Source: an uncultured Methanosarcinaceae archaeon (GTDB lineage: Archaea; Halobacteriota; Methanosarcinia; Methanosarcinales; Methanosarcinaceae). From it: 64,000 nt of DNA. A model generated the notes under the pieces. The model was not told the origin of the DNA and did no database searches. It saw only the letters and a list, made by a program, of their open reading frames with translations. Of this stretch, positions 10,233 to 21,325 are shown piece after piece. A program made the position numbers and the translations under genes. The first letter of the stretch is position 1; every line of letters starts with the position of its first letter. The stretch lies in assembly GCA_963847185.1 (NCBI GenBank), contig CAWJYV010000001.1, forward strand, positions 32,001-96,000, given 5' to 3'.

Positions 10233-10691
10233 ATGAAATTTGGTCAGGAGCTAGAGGAACTGAAAAGCGAAAATGAGATCTCTATTGTTGAAATGGATGA
10301 GATGCACACTTACATCGGTAACAAAAAAAATATTGCTGGATCTGGATTGCTGTTGATAGAGTTGGGAAAAAGTTCATCAACTGCTCTTTTGGCAGCAGAG
10401 GGACGGAAACTGGACAAAAACTCTGGGAAAAGTTAAAGGAAAAAGAGATTGGAAAAGTGATGACTGATCACTGGAGAGCATATGCAGAGTTTATTCCAGA
10501 AAAAATTCATACTCAATCAAAAGCAGAAACTTATACTGTTGAAGGATATAACAGCATATTAAGGCACTTTCTAGCAAGATTGAGGCGAAAGACAAAGTGT
10601 TATACTAAGAGTCTTGAAATGCTAAAGTACTCGGTTATTCTCTTAATAAAATACAGAAATAATGAGTTAACTATATTTAGGTAACAATGTC
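10233..10691 (+). mobile_element. Truncated IS1-family element (transposase in two frames)
   Basis: EMDEMHTYIG, TDHWRAY and VEGYNSILRHFLARLRRKTKCY motifs; A-rich slippery tract near 10324. Confidence 0.85.
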
Positions 10692-13371
10692 AAATTTTTA
10701 TAGGGAAAAGAAACTATATATGAGATACTGTATAAAAAATATGATAAAGATGAAGAGAAATAAGATGAAAACCAACCAAAAGTTTCATTCGATAGTGGTA
10801 GCATCAACAACTTTGATTTTATTTTCAATTCTAGTTTCATCTACGGTATCGGCATCTAAACCTTCTCATGATCAAAATACTTCTCTATCTATTGCAGGCC
10901 CATATGTAGGCTCTCTTGTATATGACTCTCCGGCATCTGGAGTAAATAATCAATACGGTCTCGATACAGGGAAACAGTCCAGAATAAGGCAGAATGGATA
11001 TATTAATGGGGTACAATTTGCAATCGCTAATGCAAATAAAGTTAACAGGTTCAATGTTTGCATTTGGAGAAGAAACGATGATACTGGTAAATATAACCTG
11101 GTTGCAAAAAGTAACAATCTAACTCCTGATATTACAACTAGCGGGATCCAAAATATCCTTCTTTCCACTCCATTATACGCACATGAAGGTGACTATATTG
11201 GATGGGAAGCAAATTCAGTAGACACTACGAATATAATTGTGACATCTAAAGTTCCAGCAGGAACAACTGATGCTAAAATTCATTGGGGTACAGCTCGTAC
11301 TTTCTCAGTTGGCGATGAATACGACTTTGTAAACTCTTCAACTTACCATATTTCTAATAAAACATATCGTTTAAACGTGTTTATGGGTGCAGTAGACACT
11401 GCTTTCATAGGGGATTCGGTGGTCTCTGGTAGACCCGTACATACATCCTATGTGGACCCGGCTGCTTATTACAACCCCTGGTCATCAATGTCTTATTGGT
11501 GGGGTCTTTACTCAGGTAGGACATACCAAAACCTCGGGTGGAAAGGACAAACTACAGCTGAAATCAAAAATAGATTCTACGCAGATGCAATTGCTCTACA
11601 TCCGTCAAATGTCTTCATTGAAGGTGGGTTAAACGATTGGGCATATTCGATCAATAAGACTACAACTCTTTCAAATTTGTGCTGGATGGTAAACGAAACG
11701 GTAGCTAATGGAGCACACGCCTATCTATGTGAGATTCCCCCGTCTACTGGAAGCGGGAATGCTATAAATTGGGCAGACTGGCAATGGATAAATAACCGAT
11801 TAAAAACGATTTATGCAAATAATTCAAGTGTTACTTTAGTTCCAATTAGAAATTATGTTGGACAGAAATATGCTTATGGTCCGGCTGGCAACCTGTGGGC
11901 AATAAATACTGCCTATGATGGTGGAGATGGCCTGCACTATAATATTGCAGGGTATCAAAAATTTGCATCTGTCATTTACAATTATTATTCAAATAGGTAT
12001 ACAGCAGATGTGATAAATGGAACTGCACCACTGCCGGTTCACTTTTCTACACTGAGACCCGCAATATTAAACTCATCTCTTCCAACTCTGGCAGGGTGGA
12101 GCAGGTCAGCAGCAATCGAACCCGCAACAAATATCTCTTTAAGTGAGTACATTTACATTCCAAAATATCCAGATATGAAAGCCGATAGTAGCGACATAAG
12201 GTTCTTCCTAAGTAACGGAATGATTCTTCCTTCTCAGTATCAATCAACCTCATCCGGAGTATATTTCATTTACAGATATGCTCATCCAGCAAACACTCCA
12301 GTATATTGTGCGTGGGGGAATAACAGTGCTCGCAATCTGACCCAGGTTACATATTTCGAGGATGGGGAAAGCACTGCAAACTGGAAAAACATGTCAGGCG
12401 GTAAGATTGAATCATCCACGGCGAGAGTATACAGCGGCAATCATTCCTTCAAATATACAGACCTATCTGCTACTACATATAATGATGACTGTACATTTAT
12501 GTTGCCTGTAAAGACAACTAATGCAACTGTAGAGTGGTATGCAAACCCAAGTCAAAACAACACATACTCGATGCTTACTATTTTAGACGGAAATGCATCT
12601 CTTAAGAAAGGACCTTGGACTGTATTCGGAAATAATGGACAGATTCAATATTGGAATAGAACAGGATATAAAAATATAAAAAGATATTCAGCAGGCAACT
12701 GGTATCATTTCAAATTGGTGGTGAAATCTGGAACTAAATATGATCTGTACGTGGATGACACTCTAATAGCAAGCGGCATCAACACATTAAATCCAGCTAC
12801 AGCCTATGATAGAGTAGTGATTTTTGGATATAATGTCGCTGGCAGTTCGTGTTATTATGATAATATTAATATAACAGTACCGGTAGGCTCAGTTGCAATC
12901 ACTTCTAACATTTCATATTTTACAATTCCGTCAACATCTCTTCCAAATACATATTCGTGGAACTTTGGAGACGGAACTGATTCAACCGAGCAGAATCCAA
13001 CGCATACTTACTCAACAGCAGGAAACTATACAGTTAACCTGACAGTAAAGAATGCAGTGGGCAATAATACGCTAACGAAATCTAATTTCATTAAAGTAAC
13101 GGCAAGCAATACGACTACGACATCAAAACCTGTTGTAAGCTTCTGGGGATCGCAAACCTCAGGAAGGGCTCCTCTTACAGTTACTTTCACAGATGCAAGT
13201 ACAAACATACCTATAGCATGGAACTGGAGTTTTGGAGACGGAACATATTCAACAGTTCAGAAACCAAAACATATATACTCAAAGGCAGGAAACTATTCAG
13301 TAAAGCTTACAGCAAGCAATGCTGCCGGAAGCGGAACATTAACCAGATCTAATTATATAAAGGTAGCATAA
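10687..13371 (+). CDS. Secreted/surface protein: SGNH-hydrolase domain, beta-rich domain and two PKD domains (likely start about 10765)
   Basis: Signal peptide; FIGDS, GWKG, GGLND and DGLHY SGNH blocks; WNFGDG and WSFGDG PKD repeats. Confidence 0.85.
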   Translation: MSNFYREKKLYMRYCIKNMIKMKRNKMKTNQKFHSIVVASTTLILFSILVSSTVSASKPSHDQNTSLSIAGPYVGSLVYDSPASGVNNQYGLDTGKQSRIRQNGYINGVQFAIANANKVNRFNVCIWRRNDDTGKYNLVAKSNNLTPDITTSGIQNILLSTPLYAHEGDYIGWEANSVDTTNIIVTSKVPAGTTDAKIHWGTARTFSVGDEYDFVNSSTYHISNKTYRLNVFMGAVDTAFIGDSVVSGRPVHTSYVDPAAYYNPWSSMSYWWGLYSGRTYQNLGWKGQTTAEIKNRFYADAIALHPSNVFIEGGLNDWAYSINKTTTLSNLCWMVNETVANGAHAYLCEIPPSTGSGNAINWADWQWINNRLKTIYANNSSVTLVPIRNYVGQKYAYGPAGNLWAINTAYDGGDGLHYNIAGYQKFASVIYNYYSNRYTADVINGTAPLPVHFSTLRPAILNSSLPTLAGWSRSAAIEPATNISLSEYIYIPKYPDMKADSSDIRFFLSNGMILPSQYQSTSSGVYFIYRYAHPANTPVYCAWGNNSARNLTQVTYFEDGESTANWKNMSGGKIESSTARVYSGNHSFKYTDLSATTYNDDCTFMLPVKTTNATVEWYANPSQNNTYSMLTILDGNASLKKGPWTVFGNNGQIQYWNRTGYKNIKRYSAGNWYHFKLVVKSGTKYDLYVDDTLIASGINTLNPATAYDRVVIFGYNVAGSSCYYDNINITVPVGSVAITSNISYFTIPSTSLPNTYSWNFGDGTDSTEQNPTHTYSTAGNYTVNLTVKNAVGNNTLTKSNFIKVTASNTTTTSKPVVSFWGSQTSGRAPLTVTFTDASTNIPIAWNWSFGDGTYSTVQKPKHIYSKAGNYSVKLTASNAAGSGTLTRSNYIKVA

Positions 13372-13903
13372 GGACCATATAAATGGGTTGCAAATTTCTG
13401 GGACCACTATCCCAGAATAAGCAGCCTTGAACCTAAAAGTATTAATTACTTGAATGTTTGGGGTATAATATCCTATTTTATGATATATCAAAAGAAGTAG
13501 AACCAGACAAGGTTTGAATCTGGATCTTAAGTATTTATATCAACCCTAGTTCAGGATATTATGAAAAGTAGTAGCTTGAGAGTTAAATTTCCTACAAAAC
13601 AAGAAAAGCACTCCCAGTCTGGACTTCTGATATTTTTGTGATTAAAAGGACAGCCATCCAGCTTCTTGCTGAGTTTATGGGAAGGTAAAAAATAAGGCTT
13701 GTAGGTGTAGGGGTTTCAAGACTAAGAGAAAGAGATGCAAGGCAGACTTTGATTACGGATTTTTAAAGTATTTTCGGGATCATTCAATTCCAGACATTGG
13801 ATTTGGATATAACTGCAAGGAAGTCAATTTACGAGCGCTAGCGCCTATTACAGTGGCTTCTAGATAGGCCTACAAGATGAAGTTGGGAAAAAAAGCAAAA
13901 AAA

Positions 13904-14314
13904 TTATTCTTCAGATTCTGACTCAGCTAATTGGTATTTTTGTACTTCTATGATGGTCTTTAACCAGTCGTTTAAAAAAGCATTTAATTCCTCCTTTAGC
14001 TTTGGTCGATACTTACCCGGTTCCGGGTAGACCTCTTGGAATATCCCCAAATAGTCGTTTTGAAAAGTCATTGCCTCGGCTTCTTTATGGTCCGGGTGAA
14101 TCCATACTTGCATATCCGGGTCTGCCATGACGTCGCCGTTTTGCTTCCCGTTGTGAGCTAGGCTAATAGTGTTATTTAATAAATTGTCCACATGTAGGTC
14201 CATAAGCCCAGGACTTTGAAATCTCATGTAAGAAGCTTGCATTACCCCGTTTTCATCAATAATCCCAAGGGTTTGTAACCTTGTAAAAATATTCTTGTAT
14301 ATTTTTCGTTGCAT
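13904..14314 (-). CDS. DUF1249/DUF6908-like protein
   Basis: MDLHVD...SLAH...NGDVMADPDM...AEAMTFQND pattern, common on mobile elements. Confidence 0.65.
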   Translation of the reverse strand: MQRKIYKNIFTRLQTLGIIDENGVMQASYMRFQSPGLMDLHVDNLLNNTISLAHNGKQNGDVMADPDMQVWIHPDHKEAEAMTFQNDYLGIFQEVYPEPGKYRPKLKEELNAFLNDWLKTIIEVQKYQLAESESEE

Positions 14315-14735
14315 TTTCTAAATTCTCCTATTTTGTGGCGCATGTTATCGTTTTCGCCAATTTTTAAAATACATCGGGGAGATATTTATATTTATTTGAG
14401 AATCAGACCATATTTTTCAATTTATATTCAAGGAAAATTGGGATCTTACTTGAGATTTCCCTATTCTTACATTCTCATGACCATTTTCAAAGATCAAATT
14501 ATACGAGGAATATGTAGGTACAAGATGAAAAGTGAAAACCGATGAATACAAAAAACGGAATCAAGAAACACAACGTTGGACTCAAGATATAAATACATCT
14601 TGAAAGAATGTATATTATTGTACTAAGTAAGATCGTAAATAGTTACGATTGTCTAAACTTAAGCAGTACCTCGGCGGAGGCATGTGTCTCTGATGTGTAA
14701 CAGACTGCTTTTCTAAGAATCGAGGAGGAACTGCA

Positions 14736-14927
14736 ATGGTAGACGCAATAAATATTGCTTTCACCCCAGAATATGATCCGCTTATAGAGATAATAGACGA
14801 AGCTTGTGATGCTTGTAGAATTTCACGTTCAGGGCTCATTAGATCGATTTTGTGTGACATTTTCGAGTTCACACCAGAACGTCCACGAAAACATTACAAC
14901 TCACACAAGAAAAGAGCAAAACAGTGA
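14736..14927 (+). CDS. Ribbon-helix-helix (CopG-like) protein
   Basis: GAGGAGG RBS; INIAF strand, IIDEAC helix, ISRSGLIR turn-helix. Confidence 0.7.
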   Translation: MVDAINIAFTPEYDPLIEIIDEACDACRISRSGLIRSILCDIFEFTPERPRKHYNSHKKRAKQ

Positions 14928-15105
14928 ATATTTTATGCTTTCGCAATGCTGTGATGTTTAATGAGACCACGGGAGAGGTTCCAATTCCCCGTGAGCCCAC
15001 AACAAAAGATATGGTAAGAGCCTTTAATCAATAATTATATACTTTATATTGATATTTATATCTTTTGTTGGTACAAATCAGGGTTCATGATAATGGTTTC
15101 GTTTA

Positions 15106-16947
15106 ATGTCATCGGATAAAATAAAGTTAAACGGTGATAAAATGAAAACAAACGAAAATATGGATGTTAATGTTGAACCGATGATTGAAAATATTTCAAG
15201 CGAACACAGAAATATTAAAATAAAAACATCTAATGAAGACTTGGTTTGTATAATATCATATAAAAATAATAAATGGTTTACTCAGTTTAAATATAAACTT
15301 GAATTTCTCCCCCCAATACCCAGCAAAGCACCATTATATGAAGTAAACAATGTGAGAGATGGTCAATTAATTGATTCATTAATTGTAGGTAAAATTGTCG
15401 AAGATAAAAGTATAGCCAAAGAGATTCTACAAGAAGTTCAAAAAACTGCGTTTCAATTATCTAGTCAAATTAATCATTTAACATTTGCTCCTGAGAAGAG
15501 ACATAAAGAGAAGCCCGAAGAGGCAGAAAAACTGGATATAAAGGATCTTCTTATAGAACAATACGGTGAGACTGTTTTTGATAAAGCTCAACAATTGATT
15601 AATGATGGACATGCACAAAAATTTATTGTTGAAAAGCATTGTTCTACCTATGCAGGTGTGAGTGATAGGATAAGTTGGGCCCTATCCTGTGTTTTTGCAG
15701 TAACCCATATCTCGTCGTCGGTTGGTGGAGTACATCTTAAATTATCTGGTCCGGCAGGTAATGGTAAAAATACTCTGGTTACAAATTTTACTAATCTAAC
15801 AATACCAGAAGTATGGAGAATGACAACACCGTCCGGAAAAAACATGTTTTATAATGACTGGATAAAGCCGAATATGGTCGTTATTATTGATGAGTTTGAT
15901 AATGGCGATAAAGATATAATAAAGACATTGAAACTTTCTACCAGTCGGTTTCAGGATAAAACAATGTTAGATACGGTTATTTTGTTTGCCGCCAAAACAA
16001 AAATAATGCCAGAACGGATTGCATTTATTATAATGAGTGTATTACCGCTAGAAAATGAGGAAATGATTCAGAGATATCTTACAGTGGATGTGCCAAACAA
16101 TATCAAATATTTAACAGCTATAAATGAAAAACAGAAAGGCAGAGAGCATAATCTTCCTACTATAAATAATGCTCCGGATTTTGATACTCAAGTTTGCAGG
16201 TGCATATATCATATTCTTAACCAAGGAGTATATGACATCCGCATTCCATTCGCACCAGTAATTGAATGGCAAAATGTAGAACGTACAAGAAACTGGGAGT
16301 TATTTGCAGATATAATTAGGTGTTCGGCATTTTACAATATTCCTAATAGAGAGTATTTTCATAAGCCAGGGGATGAAGAAACCGGAGTTTTTCTTGCAAG
16401 TTACGAAGATTATGAAAATGCCGTTGAAATATATGATAAGTTGGCAGACAATAATGTTACGAAATTATCTACCAACGAACTTAAACTCATAGATACTCTC
16501 ATCCAAGAAAGGAAGCGAGATATTGAATCAAAGCTGAATAGAGATAGTGCAGAGGCAATTAAAAATATCAATCGTGAAGTTAAACCACTAGATATGGAGG
16601 AAATTACACAATTTGGTGTAATGGATATAGCTGGATCTATGGATATAATAGGACTGGCTAAGGCTACTGGAATAAGCGATAAAACCATTGACTCTATGCT
16701 ACATGGTAAACAAAATACCGAAGGACTTACAGGAAGAATAGTTGGGTTACATAGCGAAAAAGTTGCTATACAGGGCACCAATCACATTGTACATAAAAGA
16801 AAAATCTGGTATGACGGACCAGATAATATTGTAACTAATGTTTCAAAGGTTCCTCGGGATAAATGTGATGCAGAGACCATTAGATGTAAGCAGAATTGGA
16901 TAGAAGCTTGGCAGCTTGAAGATGCAAAATGGAATAGATGTTCCTGA
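15106..16947 (+). CDS. P-loop ATPase, putative replication helicase/initiator of the element
   Basis: Walker A GPAGNGKN, Walker B VIIDEFD, C-terminal HTH-like LAKATGISDKTI; follows the RHH gene. Confidence 0.7.
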   Translation: MSSDKIKLNGDKMKTNENMDVNVEPMIENISSEHRNIKIKTSNEDLVCIISYKNNKWFTQFKYKLEFLPPIPSKAPLYEVNNVRDGQLIDSLIVGKIVEDKSIAKEILQEVQKTAFQLSSQINHLTFAPEKRHKEKPEEAEKLDIKDLLIEQYGETVFDKAQQLINDGHAQKFIVEKHCSTYAGVSDRISWALSCVFAVTHISSSVGGVHLKLSGPAGNGKNTLVTNFTNLTIPEVWRMTTPSGKNMFYNDWIKPNMVVIIDEFDNGDKDIIKTLKLSTSRFQDKTMLDTVILFAAKTKIMPERIAFIIMSVLPLENEEMIQRYLTVDVPNNIKYLTAINEKQKGREHNLPTINNAPDFDTQVCRCIYHILNQGVYDIRIPFAPVIEWQNVERTRNWELFADIIRCSAFYNIPNREYFHKPGDEETGVFLASYEDYENAVEIYDKLADNNVTKLSTNELKLIDTLIQERKRDIESKLNRDSAEAIKNINREVKPLDMEEITQFGVMDIAGSMDIIGLAKATGISDKTIDSMLHGKQNTEGLTGRIVGLHSEKVAIQGTNHIVHKRKIWYDGPDNIVTNVSKVPRDKCDAETIRCKQNWIEAWQLEDAKWNRCS

Positions 16948-17340
16948 ACCCAATTTTAGGATCAGGTTTAGGTGCCTTTTTGGACCTTTTCAGGAACATC
17001 TATTAAGGCTCCAAATATTGCTTTTTCATTTTTAAAAATAGATGTTCCTGAAATGGCTTCAGGAGAATAAAACGGGCTCCAATTATTGAAACGAGAGCTG
17101 CTCCTGAAACTTTTGCGAAATATGCAGGAACAGAAAAAAAAATAAAAAATTTTTCTTCTAAATTTTGATCGTTCAAAAAAATATTTTTTATTCTTTTATA
17201 CTTTTATTTTTTTTCAGGAATAGCTATTCTATATATATATTATAATTAAATAATATATAATGGGAGCAGGACTAGATGGTCCTGAAACATTGATTCAGGA
17301 GCAATCAGGAATAGTCAGGAGAATCAGGATCAAGTTTAGG
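16933..17340. repeat. Iteron cluster with AT-rich tract; candidate replication origin
   Basis: AATAGATGTTCCTGAA exact at 16933(+), 16989(-) and 17037(+); variants at 17213(-) and 17271(+); several more TCAGGA cores. Confidence 0.7.
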
Positions 17341-17507
17341 CGCCATTCTAATAATTAACTCTTAGCCATAGGTTTTTGTAAAATTCAATAAAATTCTAAG
17401 CCTCATTAGCAAAGTCCTATAAATTACCTTAGCTCGTTAAATAAGCCTGGCCATGAAGCTCACAGACCTGATGGCACAGCTATTAGAAGGCATAAATGCG
17501 AAACTTA

Positions 17508-20141
17508 TTATAACTTTTCTTCTGTGGTGAATTTTATGATGAATTTCGTCCCTTTATCTCTTATTACTTCTATCGTGCCATTTAGTTGGTCTACAAGGAT
17601 GTTTACGAGCTGTAAACCAAGGGTGTCGGGACTTCTAAAATCAATTTTTTCAGGGATGCCAACTCCATCATCTGAGACTATAAGAGTGTATTCAGTACTT
17701 TTTTCTTTATTGTCTTTTAGCTTATCTTCAGCTTTTTCACTGAAGAGTTTAATTTGAACTTCTCCGGTTTCCCTATTTAGAAATGCATATTTTAAAGAAT
17801 TCGAAACAAGCTCATTAACAATTATCCCTAAAGGGACTGCAATATCCATATCAAAGAAAACATTCTCTTCCATGTCAATGTTTAAGCTAACAGCTGTATT
17901 TCCAAGACTGTATGTGTGAAGAAGGTTTTCGACGAGCTTCTCAAGGTATAGTGAGAAATTCAGTGCTTCTTCTCCTTCGCCTTCATGCAGTTCCTCATGG
18001 ATAAGGGCAATGGATAATACCCTGTCATGACTTTCCCTAAAGGCTTCAAGGACTTCTAAGTCATTAATACATTCTCTGTCCTTGAACTTTCCAGCCTGAA
18101 GATCAAGAAGGGACGAGATGACTTGAAGGTTGTTTTTGATCCTGTGATGAATTTCCTTTTTACGGGCAGCTTCGATTTTCAAAAGGGTATTTTCTGCTTT
18201 TTTCCTATCAGTGATGTCCCTGGTAATAGCTGAGATGGCTACTAGTTTTCCATACGAATCAAAAACCGGAGAAAGAGTTATTGAGACATTGATTATTTTG
18301 TCATCTTTTCTTAATCGTAACGTTTCATAGTGCTTGATTTTATCTCTTTGTTTAACTCGTTCAACTAATCTTTGAATTTCCCCTTTAATATTATCCGGTT
18401 CAAGTATTGACACTTTTTTTCCAAGAATTTCTCCAGCTGAATAACCATAAATCTGCTCTGCACCCTTATTCCAGCTGGTAATTATGCAGTCAAGAGATAA
18501 AGTTATAATAGCATCATTTGACGATTCCACAGCATCTGCCAGTGTCTTGATTTTTTCTTCTGTTCTTTTACGTTCAGTAATATCCTGAGCCACTCCTCTC
18601 ACTCGAATAGGAGTGTTGTTCTCATCAAAAATAACTTCGGCTTTTGCATGAACTATGCGCTCTTCTCCACTAGCTAAAACAACCCTATAATCTATGTCAT
18701 AGGTCTTTCCGTTAAAAGCATCTTTAATGACATTAGCCAAATAGTCTCGATCGTTGGGGTGTACAGTACTTAAAGCGTCATTGTAGGATAAAGACTTTAG
18801 AGGGGTAATCCCAAGAATGCGATAAAGCTCATCAGACCAGTAAATTTTATCATTTACAATGTCCCAATCCCAATTTCCAACGTGTGCCATTTTTTGAGCT
18901 TCAGCAAGACGTCTCTCACTTTCTTTCAACGAATTGTAAGATTTCTCAAGCTCTACTGTCCGTTCTTTAACTTTTGCTTCCAAGCTATCATATGCTTTTT
19001 TAAGGGCATTTTCTACTTTTTTACGCTCTGTAATATCGATGAAAGCGGAAATTGACCCAGTTGGGTTTCCATCCTCATCAAGCAAGGGACTAGCGTTTCC
19101 CAATATATGTCTCACTGTGCCATCGAGATAGGCAATATCAAATTCATAGTTGCGTATTTCTTTGCCTGCTGCAGATAATTGAACAGGCAACTCTTCAGGT
19201 TGGAGCTCAACCCCATCTCTTAACATTTCAAATGTCTCAGGTCTCTCCCCTTCTGGGGCAGATTTGGATGCGTTTGCACCTTCAGGAATTCTGAGCCATT
19301 CATAGGATAGCCTATTCCCAGTTATATGAAGGGCTTTAGGATCATGTGTTATCCACACGGCTGCAGGGACTGCATCCAGTAACACTGCCAATTCATTAGA
19401 ATGAGCCCTTTCACGCTCTTCGCTTTCTTTAAGCGCTTCCTCTGATTTCTTACGCTCTGTAATATCAATTTGCACGCCATCCCAGATCGTTCGACCGTCT
19501 GATAGCCTACGAGGGTGGGAGCGTAATCGCATCCAGCGTATCTGACCATCTGGACGTCTCAGCGGTAGATCAATCTCAAAATCGGAGAGTTCGTATGCAC
19601 TGCGTGCCTCGGCTTCAACGAGCTTTTCGAAATAATCTGGTAGTATTTGTCGATGCAGTGTACCCGGATCTCGCAGTACATCTAGAGGGCTAACACCGTT
19701 AAGCTTCTTAATACCTGCACTGCAGTACAGGAAACGGACACTACCATCGGATTCATGGGTATATTGATAGACCGCACTATCTGGCAGGTTGTCGCCTAAG
19801 AGACGAAGCCGTTCCTCACTCTCACGAAGCCTTTCTTCAAGCTCCTTTTGGTCACTTATATCGAACCCATAAATGTTTACACATTCTTCTTCAGACAATG
19901 GGTGAAAAGATACAATATAGACTCTTTTATCTACTCTAACTTCAATTTTCTTAGGGCTATTACTCGAAATTACCCTTTGAACAAAATCTCTGACATTTGA
20001 AGGCAATATTTCTCCAACTCTCACCCCCCAACTATGTAACAAGGGCTCACCTGCCACATTTGAATAAAGAATTGTCCCATCCTTCCCTGCGCTCAGCACT
20101 GGGTTTGGATTCTGTTCAGGAAATTTTTCCATTCGTTTCAT
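17508..20141 (-). CDS. Multi-PAS sensor histidine kinase (HisKA_2 type)
   Basis: DITERK PAS ends, EIHHRIKNNLQV H-box, NELVSNSLK N-box, DDGVG G1-box. Confidence 0.95.
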   Translation of the reverse strand: MKRMEKFPEQNPNPVLSAGKDGTILYSNVAGEPLLHSWGVRVGEILPSNVRDFVQRVISSNSPKKIEVRVDKRVYIVSFHPLSEEECVNIYGFDISDQKELEERLRESEERLRLLGDNLPDSAVYQYTHESDGSVRFLYCSAGIKKLNGVSPLDVLRDPGTLHRQILPDYFEKLVEAEARSAYELSDFEIDLPLRRPDGQIRWMRLRSHPRRLSDGRTIWDGVQIDITERKKSEEALKESEERERAHSNELAVLLDAVPAAVWITHDPKALHITGNRLSYEWLRIPEGANASKSAPEGERPETFEMLRDGVELQPEELPVQLSAAGKEIRNYEFDIAYLDGTVRHILGNASPLLDEDGNPTGSISAFIDITERKKVENALKKAYDSLEAKVKERTVELEKSYNSLKESERRLAEAQKMAHVGNWDWDIVNDKIYWSDELYRILGITPLKSLSYNDALSTVHPNDRDYLANVIKDAFNGKTYDIDYRVVLASGEERIVHAKAEVIFDENNTPIRVRGVAQDITERKRTEEKIKTLADAVESSNDAIITLSLDCIITSWNKGAEQIYGYSAGEILGKKVSILEPDNIKGEIQRLVERVKQRDKIKHYETLRLRKDDKIINVSITLSPVFDSYGKLVAISAITRDITDRKKAENTLLKIEAARKKEIHHRIKNNLQVISSLLDLQAGKFKDRECINDLEVLEAFRESHDRVLSIALIHEELHEGEGEEALNFSLYLEKLVENLLHTYSLGNTAVSLNIDMEENVFFDMDIAVPLGIIVNELVSNSLKYAFLNRETGEVQIKLFSEKAEDKLKDNKEKSTEYTLIVSDDGVGIPEKIDFRSPDTLGLQLVNILVDQLNGTIEVIRDKGTKFIIKFTTEEKL

Positions 20142-20473
20142 TTTCCCTCTACCCAGATATCTTTGTTAATGAAATACACTAATCTTAATGGTCAAGAAAG
20201 GTTAATATCTTAACTTTATATTTTTTTATCGGTTATAACTCATAAAAATAATCTTCTCAAATACATTTTTTCGGCAGTGGTCACTGTAAAAGGACTGTTG
20301 GAGTCAGTGACTCTCGCTAGAGTGGATAGGATAATTACTAACGAACCCTGATTTCGGGCTTATAAGAAGGCTCGATTACCCTATACAAATCCCGAAATAA
20401 TATTAAAAAACGACATCAATTAACACTCTCAACGAACCCATATTTTTTATATTTTACGTTGTAATATATTTTC

Positions 20474-20818
20474 ATGCTGAACTCAATAGTAATAGAACTC
20501 GATGATGAATACATCGACAACGACCTCATGTATTTGAGCGAAGAGGGACTTTTTGGGCTTACTCAGTTAGGTACTCTCTATGGCATAGCCCTGTTATTAG
20601 CAATGAAGAAGATGGACGAGGGCTACACGCCTTTAGAACCAGTTATATATCACAATTATCCCGAGGACGCACTCATTTCACCAGCGAATGGTGGCATGAC
20701 ACTAACGCGTGTTGGTATCGACTGGACCGTACAATACATGGCAGATCACAAATTTAATCAGTTCGTTTATGATGTAGCTCGAAAAATCTATGAGAAGAAC
20801 ATAAAAGAAAATATCTAA
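20474..20818 (+). CDS. Hypothetical protein
   Basis: Isolated 114-aa ORF with protein-like composition. Confidence 0.6.
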   Translation: MLNSIVIELDDEYIDNDLMYLSEEGLFGLTQLGTLYGIALLLAMKKMDEGYTPLEPVIYHNYPEDALISPANGGMTLTRVGIDWTVQYMADHKFNQFVYDVARKIYEKNIKENI

Positions 20819-21070
20819 ACATTTATCAGTCTTACTTAATCATTTCTTTTTTAAAAGTGTCTCACTTCCAAACAGGACTATAACTATATTTGGTATATAC
20901 TATACTACTCCTTATATACTCGCCTAAACTTTTTTAGATTTAAGCTAAGTGTTCAGGATAAATTAGGAAGTGACGGTCAAATTTGCTTCCACTTCTTAAC
21001 AGACAGATCGAGAAACGTATAGAATTTCTTCTATTTTTGCACAAACGATATCAGTAGGCACAATTATCGG

Positions 21071-21095
21071 CAATACGTATAAATATGATACGTTT
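21071..21095. repeat. 25-bp direct repeat CAATACGTATAAATATGATACGTTT (copy 1; copy 2 at 21908-21932)
   Basis: Two identical copies; ACGTAT-N7-ATACGT dyad. Confidence 0.85.
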
Positions 21096-21179
21096 CTGAT
21101 GGCATAGCTATTAGAAGGCTCTATTACCTATACAAATCCCGAACTTCTTTCTTCCTTCTTTAAAAACACATCACTTCTT

Positions 21180-21301
21180 GGCTCTGTAGAAAATCGATTT
21201 AATTCAACTACAAGAGACTGAAATCAGATCAATGAAAGTGTATCAGGTTATTCAGTTCAAATTAATGAAGATTCGCTGTTTCAGAGGATTTCTACAGAGC
21301 C
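21180..21301. mobile_element. MITE-like element (~122 bp)
   Basis: Terminal inverted repeats GGCTCTGTAGAAA / TTTCTACAGAGCC. Confidence 0.6.
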
Positions 21302-21325
21302 AAAAAATGAGTTGAAAATAAATAA

